From a virus, in the IMG/VR virus record IMGVR_UViG_3300009104_000002, positions 64,001 to 128,000 of that record: DNA of 64,000 bases; one strand, 5' to 3'. Below are positions 26,296 to 34,881 of this stretch, piece after piece (position 1 is the stretch's first letter; each line of letters starts with the position of its first letter). The notes under the pieces were generated by a model, which was not told the DNA's origin, made no database searches, and saw only the letters and a program-made list of their open reading frames with translations. A program made the translations under genes and the position numbers.

Positions 26296-26973
26296 CTATT
26301 CTCGGCGACCCAAGGGTCGATAGGGTTGATTCTCATTTTTTTTATCAGGTGATCTCACTTTGTCTTGGACGGTGGGGGAGGGATTTATGGGGCCCGTGGC
26401 GCCCTCCTCGATGGCTGGCGCCTTGTCGTGGGTGGAGTTAAAATGAAATTTAATATTCCCCTCGACAACATCCGAGGAGCCATATTCAAGGTCTCCCAAA
26501 TCATAAGAAACTGGAATAACCTGATAAAATCCCAAAGTTTTAACTATTTCGCCTTCTGGGTTAAGGACCTTGACCAGTATGTTTGATTCATTCTGAAGTT
26601 CTACTTGAGGTTTGGCCGCCAAATTCATTTTGTTTTTCAAGTCGGAGTTATAATATGTCATCATCATATTTCTTATTTTTCTCATAAGATAAGGTGTCAT
26701 ATATAGAACTATTTCCAGATCTGTACTAACTGGGTCGCGACCTTCCATTATTTGGCTGCCACCAATATTGGCCGCGTCGTTGTCAATTGTGAGCGATAAT
26801 TCTGGCAAATTTACAGACTTTATTAAGTGTTTGGGAATATAAAATCTCTCTATATTTGTAATCTTAAAATCTTCACCTTCATAACTTGGCGTGCCGGCAT
26901 AAAGATTCACCTGAACCACAAAACGATATTTTTGAAGTGGGATTGCTTCTTTGTCTGTCCAAAAATCAGTCAC
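26296..26973 (-). CDS. tail tube paralogue (gp19/gp54-like)
   Basis: GTG start; QKYRFVVQV...LGDLEYGSSDVVEGNIKFHF parallels the tube protein RKYRFTVQL...GELDYTSEDLSEITMTFRY. Confidence 0.7.
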   Translation of the reverse strand: MTDFWTDKEAIPLQKYRFVVQVNLYAGTPSYEGEDFKITNIERFYIPKHLIKSVNLPELSLTIDNDAANIGGSQIMEGRDPVSTDLEIVLYMTPYLMRKIRNMMMTYYNSDLKNKMNLAAKPQVELQNESNILVKVLNPEGEIVKTLGFYQVIPVSYDLGDLEYGSSDVVEGNIKFHFNSTHDKAPAIEEGATGPINPSPTVQDKVRSPDKKNENQPYRPLGRRE

Positions 26974-26991
26974 GGTATACCTTCTCCTGAA

Positions 26992-27000
26992 ATAAATAGT
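26992..27000 (-). promoter_or_regulatory. putative late promoter motif ACTATTTAT
   Basis: Recurrent motif upstream of the tube paralogue. Confidence 0.5.
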
Positions 27001-27020
27001 AAAAAACCAAGAAATATTCC

Positions 27021-27209
27021 CTATCTCTTGGTTTTGTGTGATTTTTTTATTGCATTACTTTCTTTTTCAATTTGATCAGATAACCTTTGCAGAAACCATC
27101 TCCTAATTTTTATAGGTAAATTATATGCTTCAATAAAGCTCCAACCACCGTGATATTTCATCAAGAAGAATTCTTCATAAACCGACTTGATGTATTCATC
27201 ACTTAGGCC
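27021..27209 (-). CDS. gp51-like C-terminal extension of the tail assembly chaperone, probably reached by frameshift
   Basis: GLSDEYIKSVYEEFFLMKYHGGWSFIEAYNLPIKIRRWFL; no credible start codon of its own; +1 frame relative to the upstream gene. Confidence 0.6.
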   Translation of the reverse strand, partial: GLSDEYIKSVYEEFFLMKYHGGWSFIEAYNLPIKIRRWFLQRLSDQIEKESNAIKKSHKTKR

Positions 27210-28056
27210 AAAAAAAGTCCGTAGTGAACGGCACCTCCAGGGCCGTTCGATAATTACAATTAGGACACTCAAATTCTTGTGTCATATCAACATTCGGGAT
27301 ATTTTCCTCATATGTTGTTCTCAAGTGGCGTGAATCCCTCGCAGGCATCACTTCAATGAATTCGTTTATTAAATTCCTCTCTTCTCTTCCATTAACTGAT
27401 ACAACAATTGTTTTTAGCAAATCAGTCAATGTTGTTTCTGCCAACTTTTTCTTTCTTTTCGACTCCTGCGTTCTCGCAAGATACATCTCATCTTTTCCCG
27501 TCAATGGGCGTGTCTCTACTTCCACACCAGTAATCGGGGTAGTTGCCAGCAAATTTCCAGAATCTGTCCAAGTGGCATCTTCTGGATTTTCATTAAATTC
27601 CTTAATTTCTACTTCAGAAAGATCAAATTCACAATCTGAAGAAGTAAAGCATGATGGACATGTCACCTTCGTTGAATATTCCGAACCATAGCCGTTGATT
27701 CTGGCTGCCACCAAGATAGCATTTCTATCACCAGTTACCAAACTATCAGTTCTTATTGATTTATCGATAATGATACTTTTGAGAAATCTCTCAATTGCAA
27801 CACCTTGCTTAATCAAGGTTTTTGAAGAAAGAATATCTTCTTCTTTTGCTGTCATATATTTTATCTCAACGCTCTCAACACCACAAAGCGGGTGATCTGC
27901 TGCATAGCAAAGCCCCCTTGAAGGAAGTTCTACGAACTCTGTTGGTGTTGCGAAACTCAATCCATCTGCTTGCGTTGTTGCAGCAACGGGATCGTCTTGA
28001 GGAACTTCTGTATCGCCTAGTTCTTTTCCTAGGCGGCTCCTATTATTTCTAGCCAA
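27199..28056 (-). CDS. gp26-like baseplate hub assembly/tail assembly chaperone
   Basis: VELPSRG..Y...IKYMTAKEEDIL...GDRNAILVAARINGYG, two CPxC motifs, ends FFWPK. Confidence 0.8.
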   Translation of the reverse strand: MARNNRSRLGKELGDTEVPQDDPVAATTQADGLSFATPTEFVELPSRGLCYAADHPLCGVESVEIKYMTAKEEDILSSKTLIKQGVAIERFLKSIIIDKSIRTDSLVTGDRNAILVAARINGYGSEYSTKVTCPSCFTSSDCEFDLSEVEIKEFNENPEDATWTDSGNLLATTPITGVEVETRPLTGKDEMYLARTQESKRKKKLAETTLTDLLKTIVVSVNGREERNLINEFIEVMPARDSRHLRTTYEENIPNVDMTQEFECPNCNYRTALEVPFTTDFFWPK

Positions 28057-28087
28057 TTTTCACCTCTTGTTATAAATTTATTTTACC

Positions 28088-28645
28088 TTACTTACCAGCG
28101 AAGATGGGGCCGCCTTCCTCTACGGTAGTAATTTCGGCCCAATCGTATCTAAATGTCATCGTAATTTCCGACAAATCCTCGGAAGTATAATCCAGTTCGC
28201 CATATCCAAGCTTGATTAAAAATGCATTTTTTAATGTCCATTGTTCTTGCGTTATCCCGTTGGCATCAACTTGCTTAATTATGACTTCAAAAGCTGATGA
28301 TTTTCTTATAGAAAACTTATTTTGAACGGCTCCTTCTGGGCCTAAATATCCCATCCTTGACAAGAGGGATGCTGTCGCACCTGCTGCATCCGGGCTGATT
28401 GGATCTGTCAAGACGAGAGAAACCTCATTCCACTCAACGGTACCGGGAAAGTAAAATTTGTGTTGCATGAAATTAACGTCTGCTGTATTGACGGTAATCT
28501 CTGGTTTATCAACTGTTTTTGCAAACCAAAGTGGAGCAATCGCTCCCAGCGGGGTATCCCCGACTTCGCCGCCAGCAAGTTGAACCGTAAATCTATATTT
28601 TCTTTTTGGGTCTACGCCCGCTGTTGTCCAAAAATCATTCGCCAT
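28088..28645 (-). CDS. tail tube protein (gp19-like)
   Basis: DPKRKYRF...AKTVDKP...FPGTVEWNEVSLVLTDP...QWTLKNAF...ITMTFRYDWA; directly follows the sheath gene. Confidence 0.88.
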   Translation of the reverse strand: MANDFWTTAGVDPKRKYRFTVQLAGGEVGDTPLGAIAPLWFAKTVDKPEITVNTADVNFMQHKFYFPGTVEWNEVSLVLTDPISPDAAGATASLLSRMGYLGPEGAVQNKFSIRKSSAFEVIIKQVDANGITQEQWTLKNAFLIKLGYGELDYTSEDLSEITMTFRYDWAEITTVEEGGPIFAGK

Positions 28646-28702
28646 TTCTTAAAGTCTCCCCTCTTTCTTATATGTAGTCAATAAGTCAAATAAAATCATT
28701 TT

Positions 28703-31555
28703 TTAATCCTCAAATCCAGCGCCCTGATTTGTAATCACAAAGTCAAGTGCGATGTATTCAATTGCCTTCGCCGGCTTCAAATAAATTCTAGCATATACGA
28801 TATTCTGATCGACCAAATCCGGCGTGGTCGTTGTATTGTCCAGAACCAACTTATAATCACTCAATCCAAGTCTCGTCTTAACGCTTGAAAGGAACGGATT
28901 GGCGAGAGCCTTAAATCTCTCCCAAGTAACTTCGACGTTTTGATCAAAGAGAATTGTATTTGCAAAAATCGAAATCTGCTTTTTAACAAGAATTAGCATT
29001 CTCCTGACATTGATTCTATCCAAAGCACTTGGAGTAATCTGGAGAGTTTTTTGTCCGAAGATAACGATTCCCTCATTTGGAAATGAGGCGATTGGATTGA
29101 TGCTAGCATCGTAAAGCTTATCTCTCTCTTTCGATGTTAGTTTTTGACTAACATTCAAAACAGGAATTCCTGCGGAACCCTGCGATAGCCCACCCCTATT
29201 AAATCCTGCGGGAGCGAACCAAACTTCCGATTGTGCCTCGGATGAGGCGAGCGTTCCAAGAACCGCGACTGATGGGGGTACCCATAGGCGATTGTTGGAA
29301 GATACTGTATCTTGGATCTGAACCCAAGGATAATATGCACACGCATAAGAAGTATTAATTTGTCTGTTTTGAAGGTTAGAAACGACCGAAGAGACGCTCC
29401 CCAATCTAACAGCCGGGTCTGCATACACTGATGAATTTTCAGTAAATGGCAAATAAACATTCGGCAAGTCAACGACTGCCAAAGCATCTGCCCTCGTTTC
29501 ACAAGTCTGAATCATGTGATTTGTAATGGTATCGTTTGTTATTCCAGGAACTGCGATTAGATTACACGCCACTGCTTCTGGGTCCGAAACAATATCTATT
29601 GCCTCTTTTACCGTGTTCAGAGCATAACTCGTCTCTAGTGTTTTTCCTGACATTCCGGAATTTCTGAATGGCTCCACATCAAGGATATCAAGGCCGTCGA
29701 AGCCACCAGCCAGCGCTGTAGTGAATCTTACCCAATCATTATCAACAACGTCTCTCCAGCTTCCAGAGGCAGAGAGCGAGTCGCCATCTACGCGGGAACC
29801 AGAAAGATAATAAGAGTAGTTCTTGCCCAAAGGCTGTACAACCTCATCCAAACTAAACGCCCATTGAGGCGTAGTATTCGATGTTGCAACGCCGCCGAGA
29901 GGATAAACATAGTCCGCGTATCCCGCATCTGCCTTATCGCTACTATAAAAAGAACTATTTTCTAGGTAGGCCGAGACATTTAGGCCAAAATATGCATCAG
30001 TTTGGTCTGTCAAGCCGCCGGCAGAAGATGAAATCCTCAGTGTAGTCTCTGGAAATTTGAGTTTGACCTCATATAGATCCAAAGAACCTGTATTAATTTG
30101 ACTTCCTGCTTGTGGATTATCGTCTGGGCCGGCAGAACCCTGTTCTAAAACGGCCGCCGGGGTCATGGTTGTCTTATCGATGGTTACATCAGTGATTTTA
30201 GACGGGCCATAGACTCCAAATGGCAAGTATACGGGATTCGCGATGCCGTTCCGAACTGTATCGTCGACCTCTACTCTGATATACTTTGACGCATTTTCGT
30301 ATTCACCGTATTCTCGCATGACCACGGCTTCCTGATCCCACACTCGGTATTTATCTCCAATTTTCTTGGAAACATAATTTTCGGAGAGAGGATTTAAATC
30401 ACAGTTTGAAAATCTCTCAACACTCTCAACTGACGCATCGGTATCGCTCGCTTTCCTGACAACTACCGAAAATGTACCATATGGGTGAGTTCCGGTTGTA
30501 TCTCTGGAATATGTTAAATCCTGAATTGAGATTTTAAGACTGTCTTGAATCCACTTTCCTGGCTCAAGGGCGTGAATCTTAAAAAGTTTTTGCATACTAT
30601 CTGCGGAATATGATCCGGTCTCTGTACCAACGTCCTGAGAAAAATACCATCCAGTGGTCGCCTTTTTCGCGTCTTCACGATAAAAAGCTTTTGTATTATT
30701 ATCAAACGGAAGAATAAGTCCATAAGATGCTGTACTCAATTCTCCTGTTTCAAGTTTCTTCTGGATGAAGGATTCATAACTTTCCCCCAGCCAATAATAT
30801 TGTTCACCTCTTTTGAAATTTGTGGATGGCACTACTCCGCCCCTAATGGCCTGCGGATTCGTATTAAACACCTTTCTAATGAAGGTTCTAGAAGAAGGAT
30901 CAAAGTTAAATGTTGTCTGATATTTTACATCTCCGGAATCATCCTTGATGTATGCCAAATAATCTGGACCCGTTGAGGATCCGACATCCGAAGAGGTTCC
31001 GAGGAGGACTCCAATGCCGCTTTCGATAGATGAGTCGCCCGCGAGTGTACCGCTGAGACCGACTGCACCACCTGAATGGAAATACCAAATTGCACTAAGA
31101 TAACCAGTTTGAGGGGCTACCGATGCCGAAGGGTTACACAAAAATAGCCCGTAAGCGCCTCCATTGGATGCTGCCGATGTATCTAGGTCCACCGTTCCCC
31201 ACCCTGCTGCGCCGGCAGTTGTGGCATCTTCATTTTCCAATCCCGCAAGGCGAATCACCGTTACGGCGTCCACACTGTTTCTCAAGTATGCTTGTGCAGC
31301 ATAAGATGCATATGTTGGGCCTTGGCGATTACCATGGCGCCAAACATCTCCGGTAGCTTTACCGGGGACTGGGTTTCCAAATACCTGAACAAAATCAGAG
31401 AATGAATTAATCTTTACAGGCTCCATCGCGGGACCTTGGGGAAGGCGGCCAATGATTACTGGGCCTGCATCCCTATCAGCTTCTGGGAGCTGCGAGTTGT
31501 CAACTTCCCGCGTAAAAACGCCGGGAGACACAAATTTAAATTTTTTAACTGACAT
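28703..31555 (-). CDS. contractile tail sheath protein (gp18-like)
   Basis: FVSPGVFTREVD; C-terminus WFAPAGFNRG...INPIASFP...GQKTLQ...DRINVRR. Confidence 0.93.
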   Translation of the reverse strand: MSVKKFKFVSPGVFTREVDNSQLPEADRDAGPVIIGRLPQGPAMEPVKINSFSDFVQVFGNPVPGKATGDVWRHGNRQGPTYASYAAQAYLRNSVDAVTVIRLAGLENEDATTAGAAGWGTVDLDTSAASNGGAYGLFLCNPSASVAPQTGYLSAIWYFHSGGAVGLSGTLAGDSSIESGIGVLLGTSSDVGSSTGPDYLAYIKDDSGDVKYQTTFNFDPSSRTFIRKVFNTNPQAIRGGVVPSTNFKRGEQYYWLGESYESFIQKKLETGELSTASYGLILPFDNNTKAFYREDAKKATTGWYFSQDVGTETGSYSADSMQKLFKIHALEPGKWIQDSLKISIQDLTYSRDTTGTHPYGTFSVVVRKASDTDASVESVERFSNCDLNPLSENYVSKKIGDKYRVWDQEAVVMREYGEYENASKYIRVEVDDTVRNGIANPVYLPFGVYGPSKITDVTIDKTTMTPAAVLEQGSAGPDDNPQAGSQINTGSLDLYEVKLKFPETTLRISSSAGGLTDQTDAYFGLNVSAYLENSSFYSSDKADAGYADYVYPLGGVATSNTTPQWAFSLDEVVQPLGKNYSYYLSGSRVDGDSLSASGSWRDVVDNDWVRFTTALAGGFDGLDILDVEPFRNSGMSGKTLETSYALNTVKEAIDIVSDPEAVACNLIAVPGITNDTITNHMIQTCETRADALAVVDLPNVYLPFTENSSVYADPAVRLGSVSSVVSNLQNRQINTSYACAYYPWVQIQDTVSSNNRLWVPPSVAVLGTLASSEAQSEVWFAPAGFNRGGLSQGSAGIPVLNVSQKLTSKERDKLYDASINPIASFPNEGIVIFGQKTLQITPSALDRINVRRMLILVKKQISIFANTILFDQNVEVTWERFKALANPFLSSVKTRLGLSDYKLVLDNTTTTPDLVDQNIVYARIYLKPAKAIEYIALDFVITNQGAGFED

Positions 31556-31599
31556 CTAAAAGATTCTCCTTCTAAAAATCTATATTACTTTATCACATA

Positions 31600-31608
31600 A
31601 TAAATAGT
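31600..31608 (-). promoter_or_regulatory. putative late promoter motif ACTATTTAT
   Basis: Upstream of the sheath gene. Confidence 0.55.
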
Positions 31609-31668
31609 TCTTCATTCTGCGAAAGTCTTAATAAATATTTTTAATGAATATCTATTTATAAACTTTAA

Positions 31669-32049
31669 TTACTCTTGTTTTTTAACTTTTAAAAATTTAC
31701 CGCTCTTACCAGTGGCTTCTGGTAAAATAAATTCATATTCTACGCCTTCAAGCTCAGGAGGGATTCCCCTCTCTTCTCTAAGCTTTGCTATTTTTTCTTG
31801 AATATTATCTTCCAGCATCTCCAGCGTGGCAAATATTTCTTTTTCTCTTTTTTTTGTCTGGAAAAGGAAAGAGGCGAATTCCGATTCCGTTTTTGCAACA
31901 AGGCGAATGTTATTTAAAATATTTGCTGCCTCATCCCATGGTATTTCAATTTCGTCTGGTAACTCAGCCCCATCCTCAATGTGGGACTCTTTCACCTTTT
32001 CGGATTTTTTCTTAAATAACCCGGCTAGCCACTTCATATTTGAGTTCCT
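31669..32049 (-). CDS. hypothetical protein (about 122-126 aa)
   Basis: Probable start near MKWLAGLF, with SD GCGGAGG upstream; the track ORF extends into the upstream terminator; exact start uncertain. Confidence 0.55.
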   Translation of the reverse strand, partial: RNSNMKWLAGLFKKKSEKVKESHIEDGAELPDEIEIPWDEAANILNNIRLVAKTESEFASFLFQTKKREKEIFATLEMLEDNIQEKIAKLREERGIPPELEGVEYEFILPEATGKSGKFLKVKKQE

Positions 32050-32076
32050 CCGCTGTTTTATTCTAAATAGTAAGAA

Positions 32077-32102
32077 GCCCCCCCTTGTTGCCAAGGGAGG
32101 GC
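32077..32102 (-). terminator. intrinsic terminator
   Basis: GCCCUCCCUUG-GCAA-CAAGGGGGGGC, then UUCUU (GNRA tetraloop). Confidence 0.65.
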
Positions 32103-32138
32103 GAAAAATCTAAAAATAAATCAGATTTTTAATTTAGA

Positions 32139-34664
32139 CTATGCAGAAGTTTTCTTGACGTACTTAATAACAACGTAATCACCAAGTTCAGAAGCTTGCT
32201 TGAGTTCAATTTTATCATCAGTTACACCGAATTCCCAATCGAAAGTAGCTCCCATACGCTGCAGCATACCGTTAACGAATACCATTACGGACTCTTGGTG
32301 TGCCTGTGCAGAGATAGTGAATAATGTTTGAGCAGCAGTTGCATCAAACTCTTCGACAACGTGATCACCCTTTCTTACGAAAGCGGCGTTACCTGCCTTG
32401 AGGTCAATAACAGCTGTCTCGATAGCATCAATAGCCGAATCAAGCTCAACCATCGCGTCCTTCATGTTGACATCTGCGACATATCTCTCGGTACCAGCCC
32501 AAGTGATAAGTCCGGAAGCTCCAATACCCATGTTGTCCATAGACAACTTGAGAGCAGCATCCAGCTTGGAATCCGCGTCGTCAAGCGAAGTGGCGGCGCC
32601 AATGTAATTACGGGCACCAACAGCAACGTAAGCACCTGCAGCAGACAAGCCTGCTCCAGCCTGGGTTGCATCCAATTCGGACTGAATGCCAGCATCAGCA
32701 GCGATCCTAGCAAGTTCTTCAACTTTGAGGGCAGCGGAGAGCTTTTCATCAGCGTCATCTAGATCAGTAGCAGCACCGATATAGTGCCTACCACCTACTG
32801 CGAGGTAAGAGCCATTAGCCTGAAGACCTGCGCCGACCTGGGTTGCATCCAATTCAGCATGGTTTTCATTGATAGCCTCGATAAGTGTTGCAGCAGCAGT
32901 ATCCAATGCTGACGCTGGGCTCGCTTCAATGCGGGCTGCGACTTCATTAAGAGTATCTAAAGATGCATCAACACCTGCTCGGATATCTTCCTTGGCATTC
33001 AAAATCATATTTGAAATGCTCGCCTCAAGACTACTTTGACTTCCCTCATTGAGAGCCGCCAAAGAGCTAGAAAGCTCGCTCAAGGTGGCTGCCATTTCTG
33101 TGCCTCCACCAATCGCCAAAGTAAGGGCTTGATCGATTTTGTATTCAACAGATCCGGCAACATTATCATCCGAACTAATAAGGTCAATTTGGTCGATAAT
33201 GGATTCGAAAGCAGCCTGAGCAGTGCCACCAGCAATTGCATAGTGTGCTCTACTATCAGTGCTTGCCGCTGCGGTTCCGGTATATGCCTTAAAACCAACC
33301 ATACCAGCACCAGTTGCTTGAGCAGCTAATGCAGCGATATGATCATCGGTAGCTTTCTTTTCAGCATCAAGTCCGCCTACGACAGAATCCAAAGAAGCCT
33401 CGATAGTTCCAGCAGCAACAGAAAATAGGCCATTTGTGCTAGTGTGTCCAGCGTAGCCCACCATTCCGCCACCAGTATTTGGATTAGCGAGAGCAGCGAT
33501 GTGATCGTCGGTAGCTTTCTTTTCAGCGTCCAAGCCAGTCACCAAGGAATCAAGAGCTACATCAACCTGAGAAGCAGCAAGAGAGAAAAGAAGGTTTGCA
33601 CCCGCTTGACCATCATAACCAACCTTTGCAGCGCCCTTGGCAGCAGCTTGGGAAAGTATATCCGCTTCATACACGTCGAACTCCTCTCTGTCAGCGTCAA
33701 TAGCATCGACAACTGAATCGAGAGCAGCATCTACTTGAGAGGCAGCAAGGGAGAAATCTCCATTGGCACCCGATTTTCCATCATAACCGATTTTGGCAGC
33801 ACCCTTGGTAGCAGCCTGACTTTCCAAATCGAAGCGATCAAGATCAATCGCATCGACAATGGCGTCCAAAGATGCCTCAACGGTACCAGCAACAACACTA
33901 AATTTATTGTTACCTGCACTATTATCCTCTCCAGAATAACCGACTTTGGCAGAACCTTTGCCAGCGACCTGTGAAAGAACGTCTGATTCAAATACGTCGA
34001 ATTCTTCACGATCGGCGTCAATAGCAACGACGATATCGTCGATTGCTTGATCTAGACGCTTTGCGGAAATAGAGAAATCTCCATTTGCACCAGCTTGCCC
34101 AGAATAACCAACCAAGTAAGAACCTGATAGAGAACCAGATGAAGCCATTGCGGCCTCATGCGCGGCCATCTCGCTTGTGCGAGCGTCCACTTCTGCCTTT
34201 AAAGCAGCATCTAGCAAATGATCTGCGTTATCAAGTGAAGTAGCAGCGCCGATATAATTTCTAGCGCCAACTGCAACATACGCACCGAGAGCAGACAAGC
34301 CTGCACCGGCTTGAGTCTCATCAACTTCATCTTGAAGAGATGTCGTTCCAAGACCCTGATCATCCAACTCATTTGCAAGAGTTGTGAGAGCCGCTTTGAA
34401 AGAAGAAGCTCCTTGAATGAGTGGTGCCTCGGCAGCACTCCACGAAATTGTCGCGGAAAGGCTATCCGAAACGCCCAAAAGAGCAGCCAAACGAGTTGCA
34501 ACGAAACCACTGTGTGCGATTGCTTTACGATCAGAGATAGCATATTCGCTATCCATCTTAACAGAACCATCTGCCAAGATCAAGTGACCATCACTACCGG
34601 CAACGTCAGTGGCGTTGTTGAGCTGAGTTTGTGCTCTAATTTTTGTTTTTTTGACTACAGCCAT
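32139..34664 (-). CDS. repeat-rich structural protein (fibre/whisker-like, 841 aa)
   Basis: Three GARxYIGAATxLDxAD..L.AALK repeats and six VGY.G...F...LD..V.AID repeats; C-terminal VMVFVNGMLQR..DW domain. Confidence 0.6.
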   Translation of the reverse strand: MAVVKKTKIRAQTQLNNATDVAGSDGHLILADGSVKMDSEYAISDRKAIAHSGFVATRLAALLGVSDSLSATISWSAAEAPLIQGASSFKAALTTLANELDDQGLGTTSLQDEVDETQAGAGLSALGAYVAVGARNYIGAATSLDNADHLLDAALKAEVDARTSEMAAHEAAMASSGSLSGSYLVGYSGQAGANGDFSISAKRLDQAIDDIVVAIDADREEFDVFESDVLSQVAGKGSAKVGYSGEDNSAGNNKFSVVAGTVEASLDAIVDAIDLDRFDLESQAATKGAAKIGYDGKSGANGDFSLAASQVDAALDSVVDAIDADREEFDVYEADILSQAAAKGAAKVGYDGQAGANLLFSLAASQVDVALDSLVTGLDAEKKATDDHIAALANPNTGGGMVGYAGHTSTNGLFSVAAGTIEASLDSVVGGLDAEKKATDDHIAALAAQATGAGMVGFKAYTGTAAASTDSRAHYAIAGGTAQAAFESIIDQIDLISSDDNVAGSVEYKIDQALTLAIGGGTEMAATLSELSSSLAALNEGSQSSLEASISNMILNAKEDIRAGVDASLDTLNEVAARIEASPASALDTAAATLIEAINENHAELDATQVGAGLQANGSYLAVGGRHYIGAATDLDDADEKLSAALKVEELARIAADAGIQSELDATQAGAGLSAAGAYVAVGARNYIGAATSLDDADSKLDAALKLSMDNMGIGASGLITWAGTERYVADVNMKDAMVELDSAIDAIETAVIDLKAGNAAFVRKGDHVVEEFDATAAQTLFTISAQAHQESVMVFVNGMLQRMGATFDWEFGVTDDKIELKQASELGDYVVIKYVKKTSA

Positions 34665-34815
34665 ATTTTTTCCTCCTATTATGAAAATATGGTGGTTTTT
34701 AGAAAACCTAAATTTTCAAAAAACCGTGAACGCATACACAATGTGTATTTGTTCGCCCATAGATATAACCATTTTACGTTAAAAGAAGAAAAATATCACC
34801 ATTACCACAAAAAAT

Positions 34816-34848
34816 AAAAATCCCGTAATATATATTACAGGATTTTTT
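34816..34848 (-). terminator. intrinsic terminator downstream of prkA
   Basis: AAAAATCC-T-GTAAT-atat-ATTAC-G-GGATTTTT on the minus strand. Confidence 0.6.
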
Positions 34849-34881
34849 TTAAAAAAAGGTTTTTATTTTTTTTTTATACTA

